A stretch of DNA of 64,000 nt from NCBI GenBank assembly GCA_965218815.1, contig CBDCLX010000002.1, positions 2,201,074 to 2,265,073 on the forward strand, in the 5' to 3' direction. Below are positions 19,595 through 29,153 of the stretch, in pieces. Within the stretch, counting starts at the first letter, position 1, and every line of letters starts with the position of its first letter. The position numbers and the translations under genes were made by a program. Under the pieces are notes generated by a model that was given only the letters and a program-made list of their open reading frames with translations, did no database searches and was not told where the DNA came from. This stretch comes from Bdellovibrionales bacterium (GTDB lineage: Bacteria > Bdellovibrionota > Bdellovibrionia > Bdellovibrionales > JAGQZY01).

Positions 19595-20692
19595 ATGAGT
19601 CTTCTTATCACAGGAGGAGCCGGATTTATAGGTTCCAATTTTGTTCATCACTGGTTAAAAAACAATGACGAAGAGATTATCAATCTCGATAAACTCACAT
19701 ACGCCGGAAATCCGGAAAATATTTCCTCACTGAAAAACAATCCCCATCATATTTTTGTTCAGGGGGATATCAATGACTCTCCCTTGATTGCCAATCTGCT
19801 GGCACAACACAGTCCAGGAGCCATCATCAATTTTGCCGCAGAATCCCATGTGGATCGCTCCATCCGTGGTCCTGATGCCTTTATCCAGACCAATATTATG
19901 GGAACTTTTCAGCTTCTAAAAACCAGCCTGGCTTATTGGAAAAAACTGCCAGAGCTCTGTAAGAAAAACGGCAAAAACCATCCCACACAGGAGACTTTTC
20001 GTTTTATCCATATTTCAACCGATGAGGTCTATGGTTCCCTCCAGCCTGATGATCCAGCCTTTACGGAGGAAAACAACTACAAACCCAACAGCCCTTACAG
20101 TGCCAGCAAAGCCTCTTCGGATCATCTGGTTCACTCCTATTACCACACTTATGGACTTCCTGTGATTATCACCAACTGCTCCAACAATTATGGCCCTTAC
20201 CAGTTTCCTGAAAAACTAATCCCCCTGATGATCCAAAACGCACTGATGGGAAAGCAGCTTCCCATCTATGGGGATGGACAACATATCCGCGACTGGCTCT
20301 ATGTGATCGATCATTGCAAGGCCCTCTGCCGTGTCCTTGAAACCGGAAGGCCGGGTGAGGTTTACAACATAGGGGGGGGTAACGAAAAAACCAATCTTGA
20401 GATCATTCACACCTTATGTGATCTCCTTGATAAAAACAGGCCCCTGTCCAAAGGACAGTCCCACAAAAACCAGATAGCCTTTATTAAAGACCGACCCGGA
20501 CATGACCGGCGATATGCCATCAACAGCCATAAAATAAAAGAGAAGCTCCATTGGATGCCTGAAGAAAACCTTGAAACCGGTCTGGAAAAAACTGTTCAAT
20601 GGTACCTGAATAACCAGGATTGGGCAAAAAAAACCATGACCCGTGATTCCTACCAAAGTTGGATGGGAACCCAATACACGGATCGGATTTGA
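19595..20692 (+). CDS. rfbB: dTDP-glucose 4,6-dehydratase
   Basis: ITGGAGFIGSNF, YSASKASSDHLV (YxxxK) and typical length. Start at ATG 19595 (MSLLITGG). Confidence 0.93.
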   Translation: MSLLITGGAGFIGSNFVHHWLKNNDEEIINLDKLTYAGNPENISSLKNNPHHIFVQGDINDSPLIANLLAQHSPGAIINFAAESHVDRSIRGPDAFIQTNIMGTFQLLKTSLAYWKKLPELCKKNGKNHPTQETFRFIHISTDEVYGSLQPDDPAFTEENNYKPNSPYSASKASSDHLVHSYYHTYGLPVIITNCSNNYGPYQFPEKLIPLMIQNALMGKQLPIYGDGQHIRDWLYVIDHCKALCRVLETGRPGEVYNIGGGNEKTNLEIIHTLCDLLDKNRPLSKGQSHKNQIAFIKDRPGHDRRYAINSHKIKEKLHWMPEENLETGLEKTVQWYLNNQDWAKKTMTRDSYQSWMGTQYTDRI

Positions 20693-20762
20693 GTTTTCAC
20701 AGATAGATATGAAAATCGCATGAAAAACAGTCACATGAAAAGCAAATATCTTTGGTAAACAC

Positions 20763-21785
20763 ATGAAAATATTGCTTTTTGGAAAAAATGGACAAATTGG
20801 TCGGGAATTGCAAAACTCCCTTTCCCCTTTTGGAGAAATCAAAAGTTATGACAGCCGGATGGCCAATTTTGAAGACAGTCAAAAGCTTCGCACCATCATT
20901 TCTGACCAGACTCCCGATATCATTGTCAATGCAGCTGCTTACACGGCTGTGGACAAGGCTGAATATGAATTCAGCAAGGCCAGGCAGGTCAATGGGGAGG
21001 CTGTGAAAGTTCTGGCGGAAGAAGCCAAAAAACAAAAGGCCTGGTTGATCCATTACTCCACAGATTATGTTTTTGACGGAAAAAAAGCAAAGCCTTATGT
21101 GGAAGCAGACAGTCCCCACCCTCTTAACACCTATGGTAAAACAAAGCTCCTTGGAGAGGAGGCTATCAAAAAAATCAACGGCAACCATCTGATTTTTCGC
21201 ACCAGTGGGGTTTACTCCCCCCACGGGTCCAATTTTTTAAAGACCATACTTTCTCTTGCCAAAAAGAGAGATGAGATCAAGGTGGTCTGCGATCAGTTCA
21301 GCACTCCCACCAGTGCAAAATTTATTGCCGACACAACGGCTTTGGTCCTTGACCGTATCAGGAGTTCATCCCATCTTCTTCACAAAAAGGACCTTGGAGA
21401 TAAAGACAACCAGACCACAGACTCTCCCCACATTTCCCATAAATTTTCTCCTGCCGAACCTCTCTCTGCAAAATTTCACAGGAAATTCGGGCTGGAGCAG
21501 ATCAGCGGAATCTATCATTTAACCCCTATTGGAAAAGTGAGCTGGTGGGAATTTGCCAACTATATCATCAGTCAGGCCAGGGAAAACAAAATGGCTTTAC
21601 AGATAAAGCCCAATGGTATAAATCCCATTCCCGCAGCCAATGACCCATCCCAGGCGGAACGACCAAAGGACTCACGACTTGATTCCACAAAAATATCAAA
21701 AATCTTTGGAATCAGTCTGCCTCCCTGGCAAATCCACGTTCAAAAACTGATCAGGAAACAGGCTTTAGAAGAGGAAATAACATGA
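20763..21785 (+). CDS. rfbD: dTDP-4-dehydrorhamnose reductase, with ~45-aa internal insertion
   Basis: MKILLFGKNGQIG..., NAAAYTAVDKAE, YGKTKLLGE. About 40-50 aa longer than usual because of a low-complexity insert (nt ~21360-21500). Confidence 0.88.
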   Translation: MKILLFGKNGQIGRELQNSLSPFGEIKSYDSRMANFEDSQKLRTIISDQTPDIIVNAAAYTAVDKAEYEFSKARQVNGEAVKVLAEEAKKQKAWLIHYSTDYVFDGKKAKPYVEADSPHPLNTYGKTKLLGEEAIKKINGNHLIFRTSGVYSPHGSNFLKTILSLAKKRDEIKVVCDQFSTPTSAKFIADTTALVLDRIRSSSHLLHKKDLGDKDNQTTDSPHISHKFSPAEPLSAKFHRKFGLEQISGIYHLTPIGKVSWWEFANYIISQARENKMALQIKPNGINPIPAANDPSQAERPKDSRLDSTKISKIFGISLPPWQIHVQKLIRKQALEEEIT

Positions 21786-22651
21786 TACGAAAAGGCCTTA
21801 TACTGGCAGGGGGACATGGAAGCCGACTCTATCCCGTGACACAGGTGGTCTCCAAGCAGTTGCTACCCATTTTTGACAAGCCCATGATTTATTATCCCCT
21901 GTCCATTCTGATGTTAACGGGAATCAGGGAAATCCTTGTTATCTCCACCCCCCAGGATTCTCCCAGCTTTAAAAGGCTTTTGGGTGACGGTTCCCAATGG
22001 GGGCTTGATATTGAACATCGCATACAAAATGCTCCAGAGGGCCTCGCCCAGGCCTTTATTATTGGAGAATCCTTCATAGGTGGGAATCCATCAGCCTTAA
22101 TCCTTGGGGATAACATCTTTTACAGCCATTCCATCAATAAACTCCTGGATTCAGCCAATAACCGCCAGGAGGGGGCCACAATTTTTGGGTATCATGTGGG
22201 GGATCCAGAGCGATACGGTATTGTTGAGTACAACAAAGAAGGAAAAGTTCTTAATATTGAAGAAAAACCAACGCAACCCAAATCCAATTATGCCATCACC
22301 GGCCTGTACTTTTATGACTCAAAGGTTGTGGAATATGCCAAAGGACTTAAACCCTCCAACCGGGGGGAGTATGAAATCACTGATCTAAACAAATGCTATT
22401 TAAATGAAAAAAAACTTTTTCTGGAAGTGATGGGAAGGGGTTATACTTGGCTGGATACAGGAACCCACGAAAGTCTGCTTGAAGCCAATCAGTTTGTTCA
22501 GGCCATTGAACACCGTCAGAGCCTAAAGATTGCCTGCCTGGAGGAAATTGCCCTTAAAAAAGGTTGGATCAGTGCTGATGAAGTCAAAAAGCTGGCCACC
22601 CAGAAAAAAGCAAGTCATTATGGGCAATATTTAATGGGTCTGGTGGAATAG
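21782..22651 (+). CDS. rfbA: glucose-1-phosphate thymidylyltransferase
   Basis: GLILAGGHGSRLYPVTQVVSKQLLPIFDKPMIYYPLS. Start overlaps the rfbD stop. Confidence 0.95.
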   Translation: MIRKGLILAGGHGSRLYPVTQVVSKQLLPIFDKPMIYYPLSILMLTGIREILVISTPQDSPSFKRLLGDGSQWGLDIEHRIQNAPEGLAQAFIIGESFIGGNPSALILGDNIFYSHSINKLLDSANNRQEGATIFGYHVGDPERYGIVEYNKEGKVLNIEEKPTQPKSNYAITGLYFYDSKVVEYAKGLKPSNRGEYEITDLNKCYLNEKKLFLEVMGRGYTWLDTGTHESLLEANQFVQAIEHRQSLKIACLEEIALKKGWISADEVKKLATQKKASHYGQYLMGLVE

Positions 22652-22777
22652 TTTATCATGTTCGAATTTTCCTGTTTTTTAATCATGGAGATCACTTTTC
22701 AAAGTTCATTTATTGTCTTTTCGGGACGGCCATCCATGACACAAAAGATCATTTGATTCCAAAGGAAAACTTATCCT

Positions 22778-23329
22778 ATGATTTTCAAACCACTTTCCAT
22801 TCCTGACATCATTCTGTTTGAACCAAAAGTTTTCAAAGATCATCGGGGATTTTTCCTTGAAAGTTATAATCAAAAGCTTTTTCAAAAAGCGACGGGAGTT
22901 CCCCCCACATTTGTGCAGGACAACCACTCCCAATCCAACAGAGGTGTTTTGCGTGGATTGCATTATCAGATCAACCCCCAGGCCCAGGGGAAACTTGTCA
23001 GAGTGATTCAGGGGGAAGTTTTTGATGTGGCTGTGAATCTTCGAAAAAGTTCCCCCTCTTTCGGAAAATGGGTGGGGGAAATCCTTTCCGCAGAAAATAA
23101 AAAACAACTCTGGATTCCAAAAGGTTTCGCCCATGGCTTTGTCACACTCTCCGATACAGCGGAACTTCTTTACAAGGTCACCGATTACTATAATAAAGAT
23201 TTTGAACGCTGTATCCACTGGAAAGACCCACAGATAGGGATTGACTGGAAAATAGAAGAAAAGGATATTTCCCTTTCTGAAAAAGATTCCCAGGGAACAA
23301 GTCTGTCCAAAGCGGAAATTTTTCCATGA
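22778..23329 (+). CDS. rfbC: dTDP-4-dehydrorhamnose 3,5-epimerase
   Basis: FKDHRGFFLESY...RGLHYQ...KLVRVIQGEVFDVAVNLR...WIPKGFAHGF. Confidence 0.95.
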   Translation: MIFKPLSIPDIILFEPKVFKDHRGFFLESYNQKLFQKATGVPPTFVQDNHSQSNRGVLRGLHYQINPQAQGKLVRVIQGEVFDVAVNLRKSSPSFGKWVGEILSAENKKQLWIPKGFAHGFVTLSDTAELLYKVTDYYNKDFERCIHWKDPQIGIDWKIEEKDISLSEKDSQGTSLSKAEIFP

Positions 23330-23430
23330 CAAATTATTGATAATATTATTTCAATTTGAGTTTTCAGACATTTCAAGATAGGAAAACTAAAAATTCAAAC
23401 ATGATCAATAATATTCCAATCAGGAAGGGA

Positions 23431-26400
23431 ATGATAAAAAAGAATATTATGAAAAAACTGTATGCAACGCCATCCAAAATTGTGGCTATTTTCCTTGTAT
23501 CAAGTGGTTTATCAATAGCCATATCTTTTTTGCTAACTGTTTTAACGAAAAATTTTTTTACTGTAAGCCTGTACCAATTCACTATTGGAGAAGCAATACT
23601 CCATGGATACCCTAAAGAGATTGATATATTCTTTGCTGTTTGCACAATGATAATATTTACCTTAAGCACAATGTGGTTACATGGGTCTGCCATATTCACA
23701 AAAATAAGTTTACCGATGAGTAAAGTACGACATCTGAACATCTTCAGCATCGTCAGAAAAGTGCCCATATTGATTAAGAGAGCGATAACCGATAAGATTG
23801 CGAACCATTATTACGTCTATTCCCTTTTAATCATTGCGGGAGTGTATGGAAAAGCAAATCTCTTGTTCTATATGTTTCCTGATATTTCTCCTTTTTTGAA
23901 ATTCGCAGCACTGGCTGGCTGGTACGCTGTGGGTGCCATACTCATTAAACAAGTAATGAAGAGATATTCACGGGAGCATGAGCATCTCATCATCATGACA
24001 GCCCTCCAGATATCACTTATCCCGTTGCTCAGTTTTATGCTTCCAGTGAAATATTTTAACGAATGGGATGGTTCTCATAAGCACTTTACAGAGGTCACTT
24101 GCTCTATTTATATTCTCATGGGTTTTCTTTCCTTGGTGGGAATAATGGAAATTGTTTTAAAAATTTTTAATCAAAAACAACAGGAGGGAAAGGGAAAAAA
24201 GGAAGTGCTGTCATCAATCCTGCTCTCCTTCCTGCTTCTTCCATTGGTCAATTTCACTTCCCATGGATTTCTTCCCAGCGATGATTACCATTTTGGAGAA
24301 CGACTTATGCCTTATTTTTTGTATAATAATTATGGTAGGGTTCCATACGTTACCAATAATATTCCCGCTCATGGTTTTTCAGATATGATCTCCGCATTTT
24401 TGGCGGATGTCTTCACTACGGCAAATCCAATAACGGCACAAAGTGTACTGTATGGATACAGCCTTTCCCTGTTTTTTTCGACAATGGTATCGTTTTGGAT
24501 ATGGTTTAATCTTTTCAGCCCAAGAGCTTCAGGTTTTTCTCTGCTCTGTGTTGGAAATCCTATTTCATATATGCTCTATGCCAGTTTTTTCAGTAAAAAA
24601 ATAGTTCAAAATGAGTGTCTTTGGATTGTGCTTTATGTCTTTGTCGGGTTTTCAATGGTGTTGTTTGAAATAGGTATAGGGGCAGCTATGGCACTATCCC
24701 TGACTCCTCTGGCACTGTTTATGATTTACCAAATAATTATTCAAAAGAAATACTTGAAAATTAAAAATATAACCTTGTTTGCCATGTCTCTCTTGTTGGC
24801 CTTGATCTTGATAGTTCGTGTACCAATAATTGACATATCGCTTGGTGTAATTAACATTCTATTGGAAAACTCCTCCATAAATTTAGATGCTTTCGGAGTA
24901 CCATGGAAGAACTCTTACGTTGGTTATGCTGAATTTGGGGAAGTTCACTTTGTCCCATCACTATTAAAAAGTATAACAAACTTGGACTTCCCCTTGAGAA
25001 GTCTGTGGATATTTATTTCACCCATAATGATAATGACATCAGTATGCTTTTTCAGAAAGAAGATGATTTTTTTATCAATATCCATGTTTAGTGCCTTTCT
25101 TTTTTCCATACTCATAATGCCCTACTCTCTCGGTCGAATCGATCCGCTTGGAATGTCTCGTACGGGAGAAGTTTCATCAATTTATGTGAACTTCGTAATA
25201 CCCGCCATCCTTTTTGCTCTTCCCCGCTCTTTTAAAAAAAAGTATTTCAACAGTATGGCCATTGTTGTAGTAGGGGTTATTTTGTTTTCAATAATTTCAA
25301 AACAATCCATTTTTTCAAGGGGAAAGATGACTTTCAAGAAATTAAACTTTACAATCAAACTCCATGATACCAAGGAATATAAACTAATCAATGGAACGGA
25401 TTATGGTATGTCCCGAATTGGTACGGTCATCATAAGAAAAAATCATCTCAGAAAACTTGATCGTCTAAACAGGATATTAAATAAATATCTGAAAAAAAAT
25501 GATGGGTATCTCGATCTGACCAACAACAACGCACACTATTTTTATACTGAACGGGAACAGCCCCTTGAGAGCAGTGCTTTTTATAACATGGCACATAAAT
25601 ATCAGCATAAAAGATCCGTTGCTCTTCTGAATGCCCGTCCTCCAAAAGTGGTACTGGTTTCAGGGAACAACACACTCCATGATGGTTTAACGATATCAAT
25701 GCGTGCTTATCCAATATACAGGTGGTTGTATTTGTCGAATTACAGGTTAGTGAAAGAGGGAAATTTTGTTCTTATGTTGAGAAAGGATATTTATAAAATT
25801 TTTTTTATGGAAAAAGACGATGTTGCGGAAACAATGGCAAAAATTGAAAACTACACGGATTCCAGTGATTTAAAAAGTATGCCATTATCCTGGGGACACT
25901 CTTATCATAAATTGAAAAACATAATGATTGCCATAAAAAACGGGACCGTTTCTCCTGAAGATATGGTAACAGACAATGATGCTGACAGAACTTTTGGAAT
26001 TCAAAAAAACGAATTTATAAATTCTAAGGCTCAAGATAACTTGAAGGGTTTATTTTTTACCTATTTTAATATCTCAGAAAAATCGATAACGGGCACAAAA
26101 GCAGGACTTTTAGTTCTTGATTTGAAATGCAGGGACCAAACCAGGTTTGCGTCAAAAATTTATTATACAAATGATTATCAGAAAATCTTTAATGAAAAAG
26201 CAATGTATAAGTTCGTGTTAAAAAATGGCCCAAATATTCTCCCCGTGGACTTGAATCCAAGATGGCTCCTTGGTGGAAGGGTAAAAAATATTGCGTTTGG
26301 TACTGAGTGTTCCAATTTAAATATAAAAAAAATGGAATTTTATCGTAGAATAGTTAGAGAGGATGCTCGACAGAAGGGCTGGAGGGAAGGACGACAGGGA

Positions 26401-26469
26401 GATCAGCAGAAGGAAAGAAGTCATTTCATGCCTTTTGAGAAGAGTGAATTGATGGCCAAGGTAAGATGA
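23431..26469 (+). CDS. very large polytopic inner-membrane protein (~17-18 TM segments plus ~370-aa C-terminal soluble domain), function unknown; possible GT-C-type polysaccharide-modifying enzyme
   Basis: ORF 23356..26469. Start chosen at ATG 23431 (aggaaggga RBS). It has many hydrophobic segments and sits inside the rhamnose-polysaccharide cluster. I recognise no catalytic motif. Confidence 0.6.
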   Translation: MIKKNIMKKLYATPSKIVAIFLVSSGLSIAISFLLTVLTKNFFTVSLYQFTIGEAILHGYPKEIDIFFAVCTMIIFTLSTMWLHGSAIFTKISLPMSKVRHLNIFSIVRKVPILIKRAITDKIANHYYVYSLLIIAGVYGKANLLFYMFPDISPFLKFAALAGWYAVGAILIKQVMKRYSREHEHLIIMTALQISLIPLLSFMLPVKYFNEWDGSHKHFTEVTCSIYILMGFLSLVGIMEIVLKIFNQKQQEGKGKKEVLSSILLSFLLLPLVNFTSHGFLPSDDYHFGERLMPYFLYNNYGRVPYVTNNIPAHGFSDMISAFLADVFTTANPITAQSVLYGYSLSLFFSTMVSFWIWFNLFSPRASGFSLLCVGNPISYMLYASFFSKKIVQNECLWIVLYVFVGFSMVLFEIGIGAAMALSLTPLALFMIYQIIIQKKYLKIKNITLFAMSLLLALILIVRVPIIDISLGVINILLENSSINLDAFGVPWKNSYVGYAEFGEVHFVPSLLKSITNLDFPLRSLWIFISPIMIMTSVCFFRKKMIFLSISMFSAFLFSILIMPYSLGRIDPLGMSRTGEVSSIYVNFVIPAILFALPRSFKKKYFNSMAIVVVGVILFSIISKQSIFSRGKMTFKKLNFTIKLHDTKEYKLINGTDYGMSRIGTVIIRKNHLRKLDRLNRILNKYLKKNDGYLDLTNNNAHYFYTEREQPLESSAFYNMAHKYQHKRSVALLNARPPKVVLVSGNNTLHDGLTISMRAYPIYRWLYLSNYRLVKEGNFVLMLRKDIYKIFFMEKDDVAETMAKIENYTDSSDLKSMPLSWGHSYHKLKNIMIAIKNGTVSPEDMVTDNDADRTFGIQKNEFINSKAQDNLKGLFFTYFNISEKSITGTKAGLLVLDLKCRDQTRFASKIYYTNDYQKIFNEKAMYKFVLKNGPNILPVDLNPRWLLGGRVKNIAFGTECSNLNIKKMEFYRRIVREDARQKGWREGRQGDQQKERSHFMPFEKSELMAKVR

Positions 26470-26632
26470 GGCAGGAAAAAGCATGAGAGAAGCTTTAATA
26501 GGGTACATACCCTTTGTAGGGAGTCATTTTAAAAAACAACACAATTTTACTGAATTTTTACAATTCCAAAAACTTTAATGATATGAAAGAACAATATTAC
26601 AATCTTATTTTATGTGCGGGGTGTCCGCCGCT

Positions 26633-27652
26633 TTAAAGAATCCTAACTATCATGAGAATTTTTTTTATTCCTTTTGCCGATCTTATGGTGTCATTTGCTT
26701 TAACTATTTTAAACCAAGACTCTTTACTTATCCCTATTTTTTGTTGTCTCAAAAAAAATTCAAGCTCCACAGGAGGTATGATACCTCTTTTAACAAGGTC
26801 CTTTTTAATGAAAGGAAAACCCATTTCTTCAACAAGGAAAAGAGCAAAAAGATGAATATTACTATTTATCGACAAAGTGCTTATTAACTCTTTAAGATCA
26901 ACATCTTTCCTGATTTCAAGAGTCCTCTGAAGAATATTAGTTGATGAAAATAAAACATAGGGATAAACCCCTTCGGATACCAAAGACTGCGTCAAACGTA
27001 TTTCTCCTGTATGGATCGCATAAATTCTGTCACTCATTCTTTTGTATGTTTCCCAGTATTGTTGAAAGTGTTTTGATTGAAAAACTCTTTCAGAAACCAC
27101 AAAAAAGAAAGAGCTAATATGATAACAAAACTCGTAACTCTCAGTCATTCCAATAAAGTCTGTACTATTCTTCAATACCTGACCTATTGTTTTCTTAAAA
27201 TTATCAGGAATAACCAAACAGGAGTCATTCATAAAGATAACTTTTTCCAAGTTAAAAAATTCCAGGGATTTTAAGTATTCAAAACCTGTTTTGTATGAAC
27301 CAAAGTCTCTGCCAAAGTTCTTTTGTTCAATAATAACAGCACACACATCCTTAAGTCCTTTAATGGATTCTGAAGACAAAGGAATAGTTGAAACAAAAAC
27401 GACTTGAACGCCATAGTCATTCAGTACCTGGATAGTGTCCATTAAGTTTTTTGAAACACATCCTTTTATAGGATAAGATGCAATAATGGCAATAAACTTC
27501 GCCTGACTTAATGTCTTCTTTTCAAAAATAATCTTTTTTTTAAAAAATATCCTCTCATAGAAAAGAAAACGGCTAACAGAGAATGCTCTGTAACAACAAA
27601 ACAGTAAAAACTTTACACATCTTTTAAAAAGATGTTTTAATTCATTTCTCAT
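26633..27652 (-). CDS. RgpF-like (rhamnan synthesis protein F family) glycosyltransferase, copy 1
   Basis: QKNFGRDFGSYKTG, VIFMNDSCLV, DFIGMTE..YHISSFFFVVSE, IHTGEIRLTQSLVSEGV and FPFIKKDL parallel the N-terminal domain of streptococcal RgpF as I remember it. Confidence 0.75.
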   Translation of the reverse strand: MRNELKHLFKRCVKFLLFCCYRAFSVSRFLFYERIFFKKKIIFEKKTLSQAKFIAIIASYPIKGCVSKNLMDTIQVLNDYGVQVVFVSTIPLSSESIKGLKDVCAVIIEQKNFGRDFGSYKTGFEYLKSLEFFNLEKVIFMNDSCLVIPDNFKKTIGQVLKNSTDFIGMTESYEFCYHISSFFFVVSERVFQSKHFQQYWETYKRMSDRIYAIHTGEIRLTQSLVSEGVYPYVLFSSTNILQRTLEIRKDVDLKELISTLSINSNIHLFALFLVEEMGFPFIKKDLVKRGIIPPVELEFFLRQQKIGISKESWFKIVKANDTIRSAKGIKKILMIVRIL

Positions 27653-27693
27653 GATAATTCTTTTTATTCCTTTTGCTGATCTTATGGTGTCAT

Positions 27694-28653
27694 TTATTTA
27701 TTTTTAACTATTTCAAACAAAGACTCATGATCTATCCCTGTTTTTTGTTGTCTAAGAAAAAAATCAAGCTCCACAGGAGGTACGATACCTCTTTTAACAA
27801 GATCCTTTTTAATAAAAGGAAAGTCCATTTTTTCAACAAGGAAAAAAGCAAAGAAATGAGTATTATTCTTTACCGATAAAGTGTTTATTAACTTTTTGAG
27901 ATCAACATCTTTCCTGATTTCAAGAGTCCTCTGAAGAATATCAGTTGATGAAAACAAAACATGAGGGTAAACCCCTTCGGATACCAAAGACTGCGTCAAA
28001 CGTATTTCTCCTACATGGATTGCATAAATTCTGTCACCCATTCTTTTGTATGTTTCCCAGTATTGTTGAAAGTGTTTTGATTGAAAAACTCTTTCAGAAA
28101 CCACAAAAAAGAAAGAGCTAATATGATAACATATCTCGTAATTCTCAGTCATTCCAATAAAGTCTGTACTATTCTTCAATACCTGACCTATTGTTTTCTT
28201 AAAATTATCAGGAATAACCAAACAGGAGTCATTCATAAAGATAACTCTTTCCAAGTTAAATAATTCCAGGGATTTTAAGTATTCAAAACCTGTCTTGTAT
28301 GAACCAAAGTCTCTGCCAAAGTTCTTTTGTTCAATAATAACAGCACACACATCCTTAAGTCCTTTAATGGATTCTGAAGACAAGGGAATAGTTGAAACAA
28401 AAACGACTTGAACGCCATAGTCATTCAGTACCTGGATAGTGTCCATTAAGTTTTTTGAAACACATCCTTTTATAGGATAAGATGCAATAATGGCAATAAA
28501 CTTCGCCTGACTTAATGTCTTCTTTTCAAAAATAATCTTTTTTTTAAAAAATATCCTCTCATAGAAAAGAAAACGGCTAACAGAGAATGCTCTGTAACAA
28601 CAAAACAATAAATGCTTTGCACATCTTCTTAAAAGGTGTCTCAATAATTCCAT
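27694..28653 (-). CDS. RgpF-like glycosyltransferase, copy 2 (C-terminal tail shortened by premature stop)
   Basis: Same motifs as copy 1, with long runs identical to copies 1 and 3. It stops at ...FEIVKNK, where copies 1 and 3 continue for ~20 aa. Confidence 0.75.
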   Translation of the reverse strand: MELLRHLLRRCAKHLLFCCYRAFSVSRFLFYERIFFKKKIIFEKKTLSQAKFIAIIASYPIKGCVSKNLMDTIQVLNDYGVQVVFVSTIPLSSESIKGLKDVCAVIIEQKNFGRDFGSYKTGFEYLKSLELFNLERVIFMNDSCLVIPDNFKKTIGQVLKNSTDFIGMTENYEICYHISSFFFVVSERVFQSKHFQQYWETYKRMGDRIYAIHVGEIRLTQSLVSEGVYPHVLFSSTDILQRTLEIRKDVDLKKLINTLSVKNNTHFFAFFLVEKMDFPFIKKDLVKRGIVPPVELDFFLRQQKTGIDHESLFEIVKNK

Positions 28654-28747
28654 TTTTTTTCTTACACCACCACAAAAACTGTTTCAACAGCTAAAAAATA
28701 CCACTCTTGAGTTTGATTATCCATTGCAATCATCCCTTAGAGATGGA

Positions 28748-28820
28748 TATACTGGTCGTGTTTGAAATATCCGGGTTTTTGAGAGTGAATATCCGTGAAA
28801 TTTCAAACACGATCAGTATA
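28748..28820. mobile_element. IS630-type MITE copy A2
   Basis: tatactggtcgtgtttgaaat...gaaatttcaaacacgatcagtata, with perfect-looking TIRs and TA flanks. Confidence 0.85.
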
Positions 28821-28939
28821 TTTTAAAAAGTTGTGGATGAAGCTACCCAGCAGCAGCATCCATTTGATCTTTTTGATTGCTTACCACAAGACCATTTCTA
28901 TATTCAACACCAGATAACAATTTTTTAATCTCCTGCCAA

Positions 28940-29105
28940 CCTCGTATCTTCCTCCACTCATCCACAGACTCTGGTGAGGATGCTTACATAATCGTTTGTC
29001 AAACTCAGGATCCCATTAACGCTTATGGTCAAACAAAACTCATCGGAGAAAAGGCTATAAGAAAAATCAAGTATCTGATTTTTCGCACCAGTGTTCCCCT
29101 GACAA
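28940..29105 (+). pseudogene. relic of a second, diverged rfbD (dTDP-4-dehydrorhamnose reductase) gene
   Basis: Translation IFLHSSTD...DPINAYGQTKLIGEKAIRKIKYLIFRTS parallels RfbD LIHYSTD...PLNTYGKTKLLGEEAIKKINGNHLIFRTS. There is no start, it is truncated at both ends, and it has an internal deletion. Confidence 0.6.
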
Positions 29106-29153
29106 ACTGATGATAATTATCTATCAGGAATTGACAGAGATGATTTCTTCATT

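Noticed and set aside
20697-23332. Long antisense or overlapping ORFs, for example 20697..21224 (175 aa) and 22706..23332 (208 aa). Similar cases are 558..989, 13420..13812, 43839..44303, 44251..44739, 45692..46252, 53534..53992 and 55243..55677
   Set aside because: Each is fully embedded in, or antisense to, a CDS with strong family motifs. None has an independent motif or RBS.
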